Assembly: GCA_964448705.1 (NCBI GenBank)
Contig: CAYUZS010000003.1
Coordinates: forward strand, 73,384-137,383
From: an uncultured Gammaproteobacteria bacterium
GTDB taxonomy: Bacteria > Patescibacteriota > Microgenomatia > UBA12405
Length of the DNA stretch: 64,000 nucleotides
Direction of reading: 5' to 3'
Positions 49,397 through 57,465 of the stretch are shown one piece after another. Positions within the stretch are counted from its first letter, which is position 1. Each line of letters starts with the position of its first letter. The notes beneath the pieces were generated by a model. The model did no database searches, was not told the DNA's origin, and worked only from the letters and a program-made list of their open reading frames with translations. Made by a program: the position numbers and the translations under genes.

Positions 49397-50461
49397 CTAT
49401 TTTACTAGTCTCATCACATCTCCCACAGTTATCAACACAATCAATAGCAGCAAAACCATCATTCCCACATTGTTTACCGCCATCTCCAGCTTTTGATTAG
49501 CTCTTTTTCTGGTAATCATTTCATAAAGTACAAAAATTATTCTTCCTCCGTCCAAAGCCGGAAAAGGCAGAACATTTACAATTGCCAAATTAACCGACAC
49601 TATTCCAAAAAAGTGAATCACCGCCAGCATCCCTTGGTTGGCTTTTATACTGCTGGTTGCTTCAAACATTCCAATCGGACCGGAAACATCTTTAGGCACC
49701 TGCCCTTGAAACAATCCACCGACCATCGACATTACTCCTCCGAAAATAATTTTGCCCCAATAATAGGCTTCCTTAAATCCGGCTCCGATCCCTTTGTAAA
49801 ACTCATACCATTTCACTTTCATCATTTCCGTATTGGAAATCGCCACCCCCAAACTCCCCTCACCTTCAGGAGGATTATCCCGCACTTGTACTTGTACGGA
49901 TAGGGCATTGCCCTGTCCCTCCCTAGAAATCTCCAATTCCACCTCTTTTCCTTTGTATTTCCCCACTTCTTCGGTTAATTGTTGTGGTGTTTCTATTTCC
50001 ACACCACCGACCTTTTTTACCTGGTCATCAACTTTTAATCCGGCAATTTCCGCCGGAGAATTCTTAGCCACTTCCAAAATTTTAACTTTATTTGTCTCTG
50101 TCGGTACTCCCAACACCGAATAAACGATTGAAAAAATTACCACCGCTGTCACCAAGTTCATCAGCACTCCTCCCAAAACTATCAGGGCTTTTTGCCACGG
50201 ATTTTTTGCTGCAAATGAATTTTTGTTTTTTGTCGCTCCTTTTTCGTTCAGATCCTCTCCGAACAACTTGCAAAATCCGCCGATCGGCAGCCAGTTTAAA
50301 CTCCATTCTGTTCCTTTCCACTTTTTAGCCTTTATTCTCGGTGGTAGTCCCAATCCAAACTCTTCCACTTTTACTCCTGTCAGCTTAGCTGCAAAAAAAT
50401 GGCCGAATTCATGAACCAAAACTAAAATCGACAATGCCACTACAAAAATAATGATATCCAT
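49397..50461 (-). CDS. rseP: RIP metalloprotease RseP (site-2 protease, M50) with PDZ domain
   Basis: The HExxH motif VHEFGHFFAAK is within the first TM. A PDZ domain and a C-terminal LDGG motif region are present. Confidence 0.85.
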   Translation of the reverse strand: MDIIIFVVALSILVLVHEFGHFFAAKLTGVKVEEFGLGLPPRIKAKKWKGTEWSLNWLPIGGFCKLFGEDLNEKGATKNKNSFAAKNPWQKALIVLGGVLMNLVTAVVIFSIVYSVLGVPTETNKVKILEVAKNSPAEIAGLKVDDQVKKVGGVEIETPQQLTEEVGKYKGKEVELEISREGQGNALSVQVQVRDNPPEGEGSLGVAISNTEMMKVKWYEFYKGIGAGFKEAYYWGKIIFGGVMSMVGGLFQGQVPKDVSGPIGMFEATSSIKANQGMLAVIHFFGIVSVNLAIVNVLPFPALDGGRIIFVLYEMITRKRANQKLEMAVNNVGMMVLLLLIVLITVGDVMRLVK

Positions 50462-50497
50462 AAGATTTATTATTCTATCAATTCTTCTCTCTCAATC

Positions 50498-51049
50498 CTA
50501 TCCTCTAATCTCAGTTTCTTTCTTTTTTGAAATCTCTTCCAGTTTATCGATAAACTGATCCGTTAATTTTTGCAATTGTTCCTCATCTCTTTTAAATTCA
50601 TCCTCCCCGATTTCTTTTGCATTTTTTGCATCCATTATTTTTTTCCGAAAATCTGCTCTGGCATCCCGTATCATTCCTCTGGCACCTTCTAATTTTCTTC
50701 CCAAAAGTTTAATATAATCCTCTCTCTGTTCCTGAGTTAACATCGGCAGTGACATTCGGATCACCTGGCCGTCAATTGCCGGTGTCATTCCAATATTTGC
50801 CGCCTGAATGCCATTGGCAATTTCTCTAATTAAAGCCTGATCCCATGGTTGAAAAGTCAAACTTCTCACATCCGGAACACCAATCGATCCCAACTCTATC
50901 AGTCTCATTTTTTGAGCGCCGTACACTGTCACCGCCACATTTTCTATTAGTCCCGGAGTTGCCCTCCCTGTCCTGATCGATGAAATATCATTCACAAATA
51001 AATCTCTTATCTTGCCCATTCGGGTATTTACGTCGCTGAAGTTGATCAT
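50498..51049 (-). CDS. frr: Ribosome recycling factor
   Basis: The 183-aa protein carries the conserved RRF pattern (IRTGRATPGLIENVAVTVYG). Confidence 0.9.
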   Translation of the reverse strand: MINFSDVNTRMGKIRDLFVNDISSIRTGRATPGLIENVAVTVYGAQKMRLIELGSIGVPDVRSLTFQPWDQALIREIANGIQAANIGMTPAIDGQVIRMSLPMLTQEQREDYIKLLGRKLEGARGMIRDARADFRKKIMDAKNAKEIGEDEFKRDEEQLQKLTDQFIDKLEEISKKKETEIRG

Positions 51050-51136
51050 ATAGCAAAATTATACCAAACCTTTAAGCTAATGTTTTTCTCAAAAAAAATA
51101 CCCCCTCTTTAAAAAAAGAGAGGGTATCCATTAATT

Positions 51137-51595
51137 TTAAATTTCAAATCTTTGAAATCTACTTATTTTTATATTTTCTCCGAATTTAGCTACCAGTCCG
51201 GTCACTAAATCTTTAATTTTTTTAGTGCTGTCTTTTATAAACTCCATTTCCATCAAATCCTCTACATTTTCCGGATTCATAGCCGCCACCTGCAAACAAA
51301 CATCTTTGGCCACTGCCACAAATTCTTCATTTTTAGCCACAAAATCTGTCTCGCAGAGCATTTCCACCATCACCCCGACTTTTCCGGTAGAATGGGTATA
51401 AGTAGCCACCAAACCTTGATGTGTCTCTCTTTCAGCTTTGGTTTCAGCTTTTTTAAAACCTTTTTCTTTCAAAATTTCTTTGGCTTTTTTTTCATCGCCG
51501 TCAGCCTCTTCTACTGCTGCTTTGATTTCCATTATTCCCAAACCGGTTTCGATTCTGATTTTTTTAACTAATTCAATTATTTGTTTTTGTTCCAT
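51137..51595 (-). CDS. tsf: Elongation factor Ts (short form)
   Basis: The N-terminal UBA-like sequence ELVKKIRIETGLGIMEIKAAVEEADGD is present. The probable start is the Met at 51595; the ORF-track extension to 51649 overlaps a noncoding repeat. Confidence 0.8.
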   Translation of the reverse strand: MEQKQIIELVKKIRIETGLGIMEIKAAVEEADGDEKKAKEILKEKGFKKAETKAERETHQGLVATYTHSTGKVGVMVEMLCETDFVAKNEEFVAVAKDVCLQVAAMNPENVEDLMEMEFIKDSTKKIKDLVTGLVAKFGENIKISRFQRFEI

Positions 51596-51619
51596 TTTTT
51601 TATTTAATTTTTTAAAGTC

Positions 51620-51675
51620 CCTCTTGCTTGCCCGCCTCTGGAGGGTCAAAGAAGGATTTAGGGAGATTGTTTCGG
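51620..51675. repeat. GC-rich ~53-nt repeated intergenic element, copy 1 (copy 2 at 63347-63400)
   Basis: CCCTCTTGCTTGCCCGCCTCTGGAGGGTCAAAGA(A/G)GG(A/G)TTAGGGAGATTGTT is near-identical at both loci, seen directly in the sequence. Both copies lie in the 5' leader of a minus-strand gene: tsf and the dprA-like gene. Confidence 0.6.
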
Positions 51676-52563
51676 TTAAACCCCTGCAGCTTTAATTGCC
51701 CGACCAACTTCTTCGACGATTAAATTGATCGACTTAACACTGTCATCGTTGGCTGGTATCGCCAAATCCACTTTTCTTGGATCAGCGTCAGTGTCCACAA
51801 TTGCTACCGTTTTCAGATTTCTCATCTTCGCCTCTTTATTAGCTGTTTTTTCAAAACCGGCATCAACCATAAAAACTATATCAAAGAGCTTCTCCAAATG
51901 TGTCAAACCGCCGATAATTCTTTCCAGTCTGATTTGTTCCTTATTTAAATCCAACAATTCTTTTTTAGTTTTATCCGTATACAAATTTTTACTTAATGCT
52001 TCTTTAGTATCGTTGAATTTTTTTATATTTTTGCGAATTTGTTCCCAGTTGCTGATTGTTCCGCCCAGCCATCTGTCGGTTACATAAGCCACACCGGCAT
52101 CTTCGGCTACTCTTTTTACTACTTCTCTGGCTTGTCTTTTGGTACCTACCAACACAATTTGTTTGCCGTTTCTTCGGGAATTATATATATAGTTGCAAGC
52201 TTTCTCTAATCCATCCAAAGTCTTAACCAAATCGATAATCTGAATTCCGTCTTTGGCTATATAAATATTTTCTTTGGCTTTAGGATGAGTTTTGGAAATT
52301 TTGTGCCCTAAATGACAACCCGCTGCTAACAAATCTTTTAATCCTATAGTTAAAGAGTATTTCTTATCTTCTTTAACCAACTCTTTTTTAACAACTTCCT
52401 TTTCTGTCTGTTCTGCCACCTTAGCGCTGGCCTTATCCAATTTAACTTTCTCGTTAAGTTTTTTAATGTTTTCAGCAGTAATATTGCTCTGCTTTTTGGC
52501 CTTAACTACCAATGCTTTTTTAACCAGCTTTTTGCCGGTTCTGTTGACTGTTTTTGTTTTCAT
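51676..52563 (-). CDS. rpsB: 30S ribosomal protein S2 with ~75-aa Lys/Ala-rich N-terminal extension
   Basis: The S2 core begins at LLAAGCHLGHKISKTHPK and the protein sits in the conserved rpsB-tsf-frr order. The N-terminal KA-rich extension is low-complexity. Confidence 0.85.
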   Translation of the reverse strand: MKTKTVNRTGKKLVKKALVVKAKKQSNITAENIKKLNEKVKLDKASAKVAEQTEKEVVKKELVKEDKKYSLTIGLKDLLAAGCHLGHKISKTHPKAKENIYIAKDGIQIIDLVKTLDGLEKACNYIYNSRRNGKQIVLVGTKRQAREVVKRVAEDAGVAYVTDRWLGGTISNWEQIRKNIKKFNDTKEALSKNLYTDKTKKELLDLNKEQIRLERIIGGLTHLEKLFDIVFMVDAGFEKTANKEAKMRNLKTVAIVDTDADPRKVDLAIPANDDSVKSINLIVEEVGRAIKAAGV

Positions 52564-52697
52564 ACTAAGCTTTTATTTTACCCGTCGAAGCTTAAAAAAT
52601 TAATAATAAAATTTTTAAGCGAAGTCGGGTTATCTGATTTGGGGTAAATTTAACCCAAAGCTTGATAAATTTTCAAATTTTTAACTTACGGATTATA

Positions 52698-52946
52698 TCA
52701 CAGCTGGAATTGTCGGGTGTATCTTACCGGTCGGACATCTATCACTTCCCTCCCGGTTATCTTATCAATATAAGGTCCCGATACTGACGGACAACAACTT
52801 TCTCTGAAAGTTCCCATATCAATTGTGATTATCTCTTTCAGTGAAATATCGAAATTTTTTTGGCCCTGTTGTAAAGCTCTTAAATGAATCTCCGTTAGAC
52901 AATTTCCTAACGTTTGTTTGCATATTTCACATTTTTCAATTTTCAT
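52698..52946 (-). CDS. Hypothetical small Cys-containing protein (CEICK...CCP)
   Basis: The call rests on the ORF only. Confidence 0.25.
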   Translation of the reverse strand: MKIEKCEICKQTLGNCLTEIHLRALQQGQKNFDISLKEIITIDMGTFRESCCPSVSGPYIDKITGREVIDVRPVRYTRQFQL

Positions 52947-52959
52947 ATTTTTGATTAAT

Positions 52960-53400
52960 TTATAATTTATTTTCTCTCGCTGAAATAAAAAATTTTCCTT
53001 TCTCCACCTTACTTCCCTGCATCACCGTTAATACCCCTTTATCAGTCCGTAAACACATTACCTCCGTAGTTTCATCTTCTTTAATTTTACCCCTAGTTTC
53101 ACAATATTCTTTATAATTTTTCCAGTCTTGTATTTTCCCCCCGATTTTTTTCCCGGTTAATCTTTTTATATATTCAAAAGTATCTTTCCTCATTTCACAA
53201 AGACTGCAATTAGGTTCCATTCCTCCGGCGAACGGACAAATCTTTCTCGGTACCTCTCCCCTTAAAACCGGACACTGTCCCAATACAAAATTTCTCGAAT
53301 CGAGGGCATCTTCATTTTCCATATATCTTAATACTTGATTTACACCTTCAATCGGCAGTGTTAAACAGTTAATTTCTATTGTTCGGCGGAATGTTGACAT
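52960..53400 (-). CDS. Hypothetical Cys-rich protein (CPVLRG...CPFAGG...CSLC)
   Basis: The ORF has a tight arrangement with its neighbours (4-nt overlap with the next gene). Confidence 0.25.
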   Translation of the reverse strand: MSTFRRTIEINCLTLPIEGVNQVLRYMENEDALDSRNFVLGQCPVLRGEVPRKICPFAGGMEPNCSLCEMRKDTFEYIKRLTGKKIGGKIQDWKNYKEYCETRGKIKEDETTEVMCLRTDKGVLTVMQGSKVEKGKFFISARENKL

Positions 53401-54545
53401 TACTGACCTCCCCCTGCAGAGATTTTTTTATATGTTTCATTTTTTATTTCCAAATATCTTTGCCTGCTGGCTGCGTTCGCGGCAGCAATCGCATTTCTTA
53501 CCTCTCTTGGAGTCATCGATAAGTCAGGTGATCCGCTAATTTCACCCAATAATCTGTATGTTGTATAAAGATTCAACCAGGATGCCGTCTGGATTGCTCC
53601 TGCCAAACCGGTAATTGCCAGCATTGGAATTGCCGTTCCTGCAACCAAATTTGCCTGTTGAGCCATCACTATCGATCTTGAAGCTGCTGCCATTGCCTGT
53701 ACTGCTGCCGTGTCAAACATATCTGTCGCAGTTGCCTGCAGCACTCCTTTAATCGCTTCATTTGATTCCTTAGCCATTATCGGTATTTTTGACAGCCTGG
53801 TTTTTTCCCTAACAATTTCTTTCGCTATCTCACTTACACTTCTATCCCCCATAGATAATGCCGCTATCATACCCTGTCCTAATTTAGAAAGGTTGTCCTG
53901 AATCTCTTTTACTTCTTTGTCCATACCTAATTGTTTATCATATTTATCGGCATTATCCGCCAATTTTGATCCGCTAGATTTTATTATTTTTCCTGCCGTT
54001 TCCAACATTTTTCCATTTCTCTCCACTGCCCTATCCAAACTGGTCATATTTTGCAATACTGCTTTTTTACTATCGGCCACCACCTTTACTAAATCCACCC
54101 AAGGTTCAAATATTATCGGATATTCTTTGGCTATCTTAGCCATATTTGAGCTACCTCTCTGTTTTGCCAGCGACTCACAAATCTCAAATGCTATTCTCGA
54201 TCTCTCTACCAAATCCTTATTCGGATCCATCACTTTTATCAAATCTTTAGTTGCCACACTCAAATCCACCGCTAAATTTCCACCGGCAATATTAACCTCT
54301 AAACATGTCTTAATTAAAGTCGCATAATAACTGCCGGATAATGCACTGGTATCTAATCCTGTTCCCAAACCCAGATTGGCCATTTCTTTAATCACCCACT
54401 GTTTCTGTTCAAACGTTTCTCTCGGTCCTCCGAATTTTTCAATTTCCTTGCTCTCAATCATTTGATCCCGCAAACTCAGCGCCACATTTTGCACCGGAGC
54501 CGGCTCCACAGTACGATTTCTTAATCTCTCAATAAAATTTGGCAT
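53400..54545 (-). CDS. Hypothetical protein with C-terminal hydrophobic segment
   Basis: The 381-aa protein has a long alpha-helical body and the VAGTAIPMLAITGLAGAIQ TM-like segment near its C-terminus. Confidence 0.3.
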   Translation of the reverse strand: MPNFIERLRNRTVEPAPVQNVALSLRDQMIESKEIEKFGGPRETFEQKQWVIKEMANLGLGTGLDTSALSGSYYATLIKTCLEVNIAGGNLAVDLSVATKDLIKVMDPNKDLVERSRIAFEICESLAKQRGSSNMAKIAKEYPIIFEPWVDLVKVVADSKKAVLQNMTSLDRAVERNGKMLETAGKIIKSSGSKLADNADKYDKQLGMDKEVKEIQDNLSKLGQGMIAALSMGDRSVSEIAKEIVREKTRLSKIPIMAKESNEAIKGVLQATATDMFDTAAVQAMAAASRSIVMAQQANLVAGTAIPMLAITGLAGAIQTASWLNLYTTYRLLGEISGSPDLSMTPREVRNAIAAANAASRQRYLEIKNETYKKISAGGGQ

Positions 54546-54689
54546 TTTTATTTTTAATCAATAATTTTTAATTTCTAAAAAAAGTCGAAAAAAGGAGGAG
54601 GAAAGTGAAAGTTGGGTTTGGGTTGGGTTTTTGGTGTTTCGGTTTTGTTTGCTTTTTGTTTAATCCCCCCGGAGGGGGTTTCCCCCCTC

Positions 54690-55076
54690 CTAGCCTCCAT
54701 CCAGTCCTTGCAGCCACTCCCTGACGGGGGTGACCAAGAATGCTAAATTCTCAATCGCCAGCAGGGTCAATAAAGCCATGCTGACAAACCAGATCCCCAT
54801 CATCGATAAGATAATGGCGGCACAAACCAACAACACTTCGAGTGCAGATAAGAATCTGCTACTTTCGAAGGCCGCCAATGTGGCAACAACTGCCAGTAGT
54901 ACCATCGCCAGTACGTTCGTTTCCTCCGATGTACCAATCAGGTACATCGAAAAAAACAGTAAACCCGCTTGAATTATATTTTTTAACATTTTAAATTCCC
55001 TTTCTTTTCCCAAAAATCCCCTTTCGAGGTTAATCCAAACCAATTCCAATATATTTTTGGCGCTGGTTTGGACCAA
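54690..55076 (-). CDS. Small two-TM membrane protein (VirB2/TrbC pilin-like topology)
   Basis: The 128-aa protein has two long hydrophobic helices. The resemblance to pilins is topological only. Confidence 0.25.
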   Translation of the reverse strand: MVQTSAKNILELVWINLERGFLGKEREFKMLKNIIQAGLLFFSMYLIGTSEETNVLAMVLLAVVATLAAFESSRFLSALEVLLVCAAIILSMMGIWFVSMALLTLLAIENLAFLVTPVREWLQGLDGG

Positions 55077-55245
55077 CCTCTATCCTTTTTTCGACTTGTT
55101 AAAGTTCTCCCTCTCGGGATATAAAAAAAGCCCCACTCCACCCGGCGCATTACCGAATTTCGTTTAAGGCTTCTGATTGTTTCAAACAACTGCTTTCAGC
55201 ATCTTTCTGAAACATAAGGAAATATACACCACCAATACACACAAG

Positions 55246-56319
55246 TCAATCGTCCAAGCTTACTCTTCTACCCGCTATATAATTCACCGCAGGTGAATAG
55301 AAATACCTGTCATAATAATCCAACATTGCCCCAGACCAACCGGACATAACCAATTGACTAAACGCTTTTAAATTATCTCCACCAATCTTATTGCTAACAC
55401 CAGAATTATAATTTTCAGAAAAGTAGGTAGCTAGCTGTGCTGAAATTAACGCTGTCTTTTCAATAAAAGGCACATATACTCTCTTCATATTCTTAATCAT
55501 ATCGGCAGCCAATCCAGCATTTGTCCTTACCTTTTTTCCTGGTTCAAATTTCTTCCACCCCCATTCTGGATAGGTCGCCCCTCCCAGTCTCCCTTCAACC
55601 AGGGCAGAAAAAGTACTAGTCCGTGACCAGTAACCGCCAGTTGTCCCATCCTCATCTACCAGACCTCCTCCATGAAAACCTCTCTTAATTTTCGAAGCTT
55701 CATTAAGAATGAATAAACCGCCGGCAAAACTGTCCGTCAGATTTCCGACTTTATTCCATTGAGATAAACCCATATCCCGGTTATAAAAAAACAATGGCGA
55801 ATAACCTCTCGTCCATGTCGGATATTTATTCAGATTTATATCTTCTTTGCCAGTCGGCACCACCATAATGTCTGCCATCCTCCAACCATTGCCTATCTCT
55901 ATTGTTGGAGACATCTGATGTAATTGGTATTCTTTTCCATTAACCACCCTTGTTGTTAACATGTTAGATTCAATAACTGGATCTAAAGTAAACCTAGTCG
56001 TCAATTCTCGATTATTAAACGCCCTCCACATATTAGTCACTTCAAATTTTGAATAATCACCCCACTGCGAAATTAACTTTGAAGTTCTTGCCATCCAGGC
56101 AGAGTATTTTGAGGTATCACTAAACAAACTCTTCTCGCTTACTATCTTAACACCCTTAAAAGCACCTTTCCTATCAAACTTAACCAGTGGATTGTCATCA
56201 ATCATTTTTGGAATCAATCCACTGGCCATCAAAAAGACCAATGGGCTTCGGCTAACTAATTCATTTCGACGTTCAATCATATTTAATTCAACCCCTTTGG
56301 ATTTTTTCTCTAGAAACAA
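55246..56319 (-). CDS. Hypothetical protein
   Basis: The 357-aa protein is Trp/Gly-rich and has no known motif. Confidence 0.3.
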   Translation of the reverse strand: MFLEKKSKGVELNMIERRNELVSRSPLVFLMASGLIPKMIDDNPLVKFDRKGAFKGVKIVSEKSLFSDTSKYSAWMARTSKLISQWGDYSKFEVTNMWRAFNNRELTTRFTLDPVIESNMLTTRVVNGKEYQLHQMSPTIEIGNGWRMADIMVVPTGKEDINLNKYPTWTRGYSPLFFYNRDMGLSQWNKVGNLTDSFAGGLFILNEASKIKRGFHGGGLVDEDGTTGGYWSRTSTFSALVEGRLGGATYPEWGWKKFEPGKKVRTNAGLAADMIKNMKRVYVPFIEKTALISAQLATYFSENYNSGVSNKIGGDNLKAFSQLVMSGWSGAMLDYYDRYFYSPAVNYIAGRRVSLDD

Positions 56320-56559
56320 TTACTCCTCCCAGTTTCAAAGCCGCTTGAACCACTGGTCCATATCCACCTTTTACCACTGACTCCACTACTGGCATTTTGC
56401 TTTTTCCTGCCGGGAAAAAATGTCCGGCTTCAGCTTCAATTTCTGCCATTTGTCTACCAGTCGGATACATTCCTTCTTTTGGTTTCATTTTTTTATTTGA
56501 TTAAATATTAATTTAATAAATTTCCAAACGACAACCTGCAAAACAATTTTTCCACCACT

Positions 56560-57250
56560 AGGCGGCTCTTTTTTTTCTTTTTCCACATACTGTGGGGGAA
56601 GGCTTTCGCCCCCCCCACATATACCCTACCGTGGGGTTCCGTCAAATGACGGAGAATCCCACTGGAGCGACCCTAGTCCATTTCGGTCGGCCTCCTTTTG
56701 GGCCCCCCGAATATCAGGAGACTCACCGAGCTCTATCTCTCGGCATCGAGAAAAAAATTTGCAACGGGAGCAATGACCTTCCGGCTGCTGACACTCGCTC
56801 GGTGAAGGTGGTTGTTGAAACACTAACATTTTGCCACCTTGCCCTGGGTAACGCCTTTCCGACGTCGTAGTCGGTTTTCTTCTTTTTTCTTTTGATTTTC
56901 TTTCTGTTTCTTGTCGCTTTTACACATTTGAAGCCCCTTTCTTTTGGTCGAGGAGACCCGATCTTTTTCACCTTCCCCTATGGAAGTGAAACCTCGAAAA
57001 ATCCGTTTCTACGAACTTTTCGAGGCCCACTTCTACTCCCTGCCCGAGTTTTGGGAAGGGTTGGGAAAGAGTTAGAGAAGGGTTAATTTAGTTTTGCAGG
57101 TTGTTAAAGTGCAACCCGGCTAGGCCGGATTTGCCATCCGCCGATGAGGCGGAAGTTTCTCGACTTCAACAGTCCCGCATTCATTGTTTCCATACCGCTT
57201 TTGGTAATCGGCGGTACTGCTGTTTCGAATTAGACTTATAATATCACACT
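56560..57250. ncRNA. GC-rich noncoding island; candidate large structured RNA (RNase P RNA-like motifs weakly present)
   Basis: GC content rises sharply in an AT-rich genome, with multiple GC hairpins such as tgtggggg...ccccccaca. The short motifs GGTAACGCC, GAAGTGAAAC and GCAACCCGGCTAG echo RNase P conserved regions in the right order. Only short overlapping ORFs occur on both strands. I could not identify the RNA class. Confidence 0.25.
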
Positions 57251-57465
57251 ATCATGAATATTCAATACACATAAGAGCGCATTCTGCTCTTATGTAATTT
57301 ATGTGAGATTATACGAAAAAAATAGTTTTTATCCCCCACCAGATTCCTTACAGATTTTTCTGTTGCCTCTATAAACTTAACTCCCGTTTTCATTTTTCAG
57401 ACTAACACATTTTCTAATAATCATACAATATGAAAATAAACACCATCTTTAATATATAATTAACC

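Noticed and set aside
51596-51649. N-terminal extension of the tsf ORF (MTLQRRASKRDFKKLNKK)
   Set aside because: It overlaps the 53-nt repeated noncoding element. The EF-Ts homology begins at the internal Met.
56592-57086. Overlapping ORFs 56592-56870(+), 56626-56829(-), 56723-56971(-), 56892-57086(+) in the GC-rich island
   Set aside because: They overlap each other on both strands and have Pro/Arg/Gly-rich composition typical of GC-rich noncoding sequence. The region is more plausibly RNA.
56490-57460. tmRNA (ssrA) in the GC-rich island
   Set aside because: I found no tRNA-like T-arm (GGTTCGAATCC with pairing partners), no GGGG...CCACCA acceptor pairing and no plausible tag reading frame ending in AA-stop.
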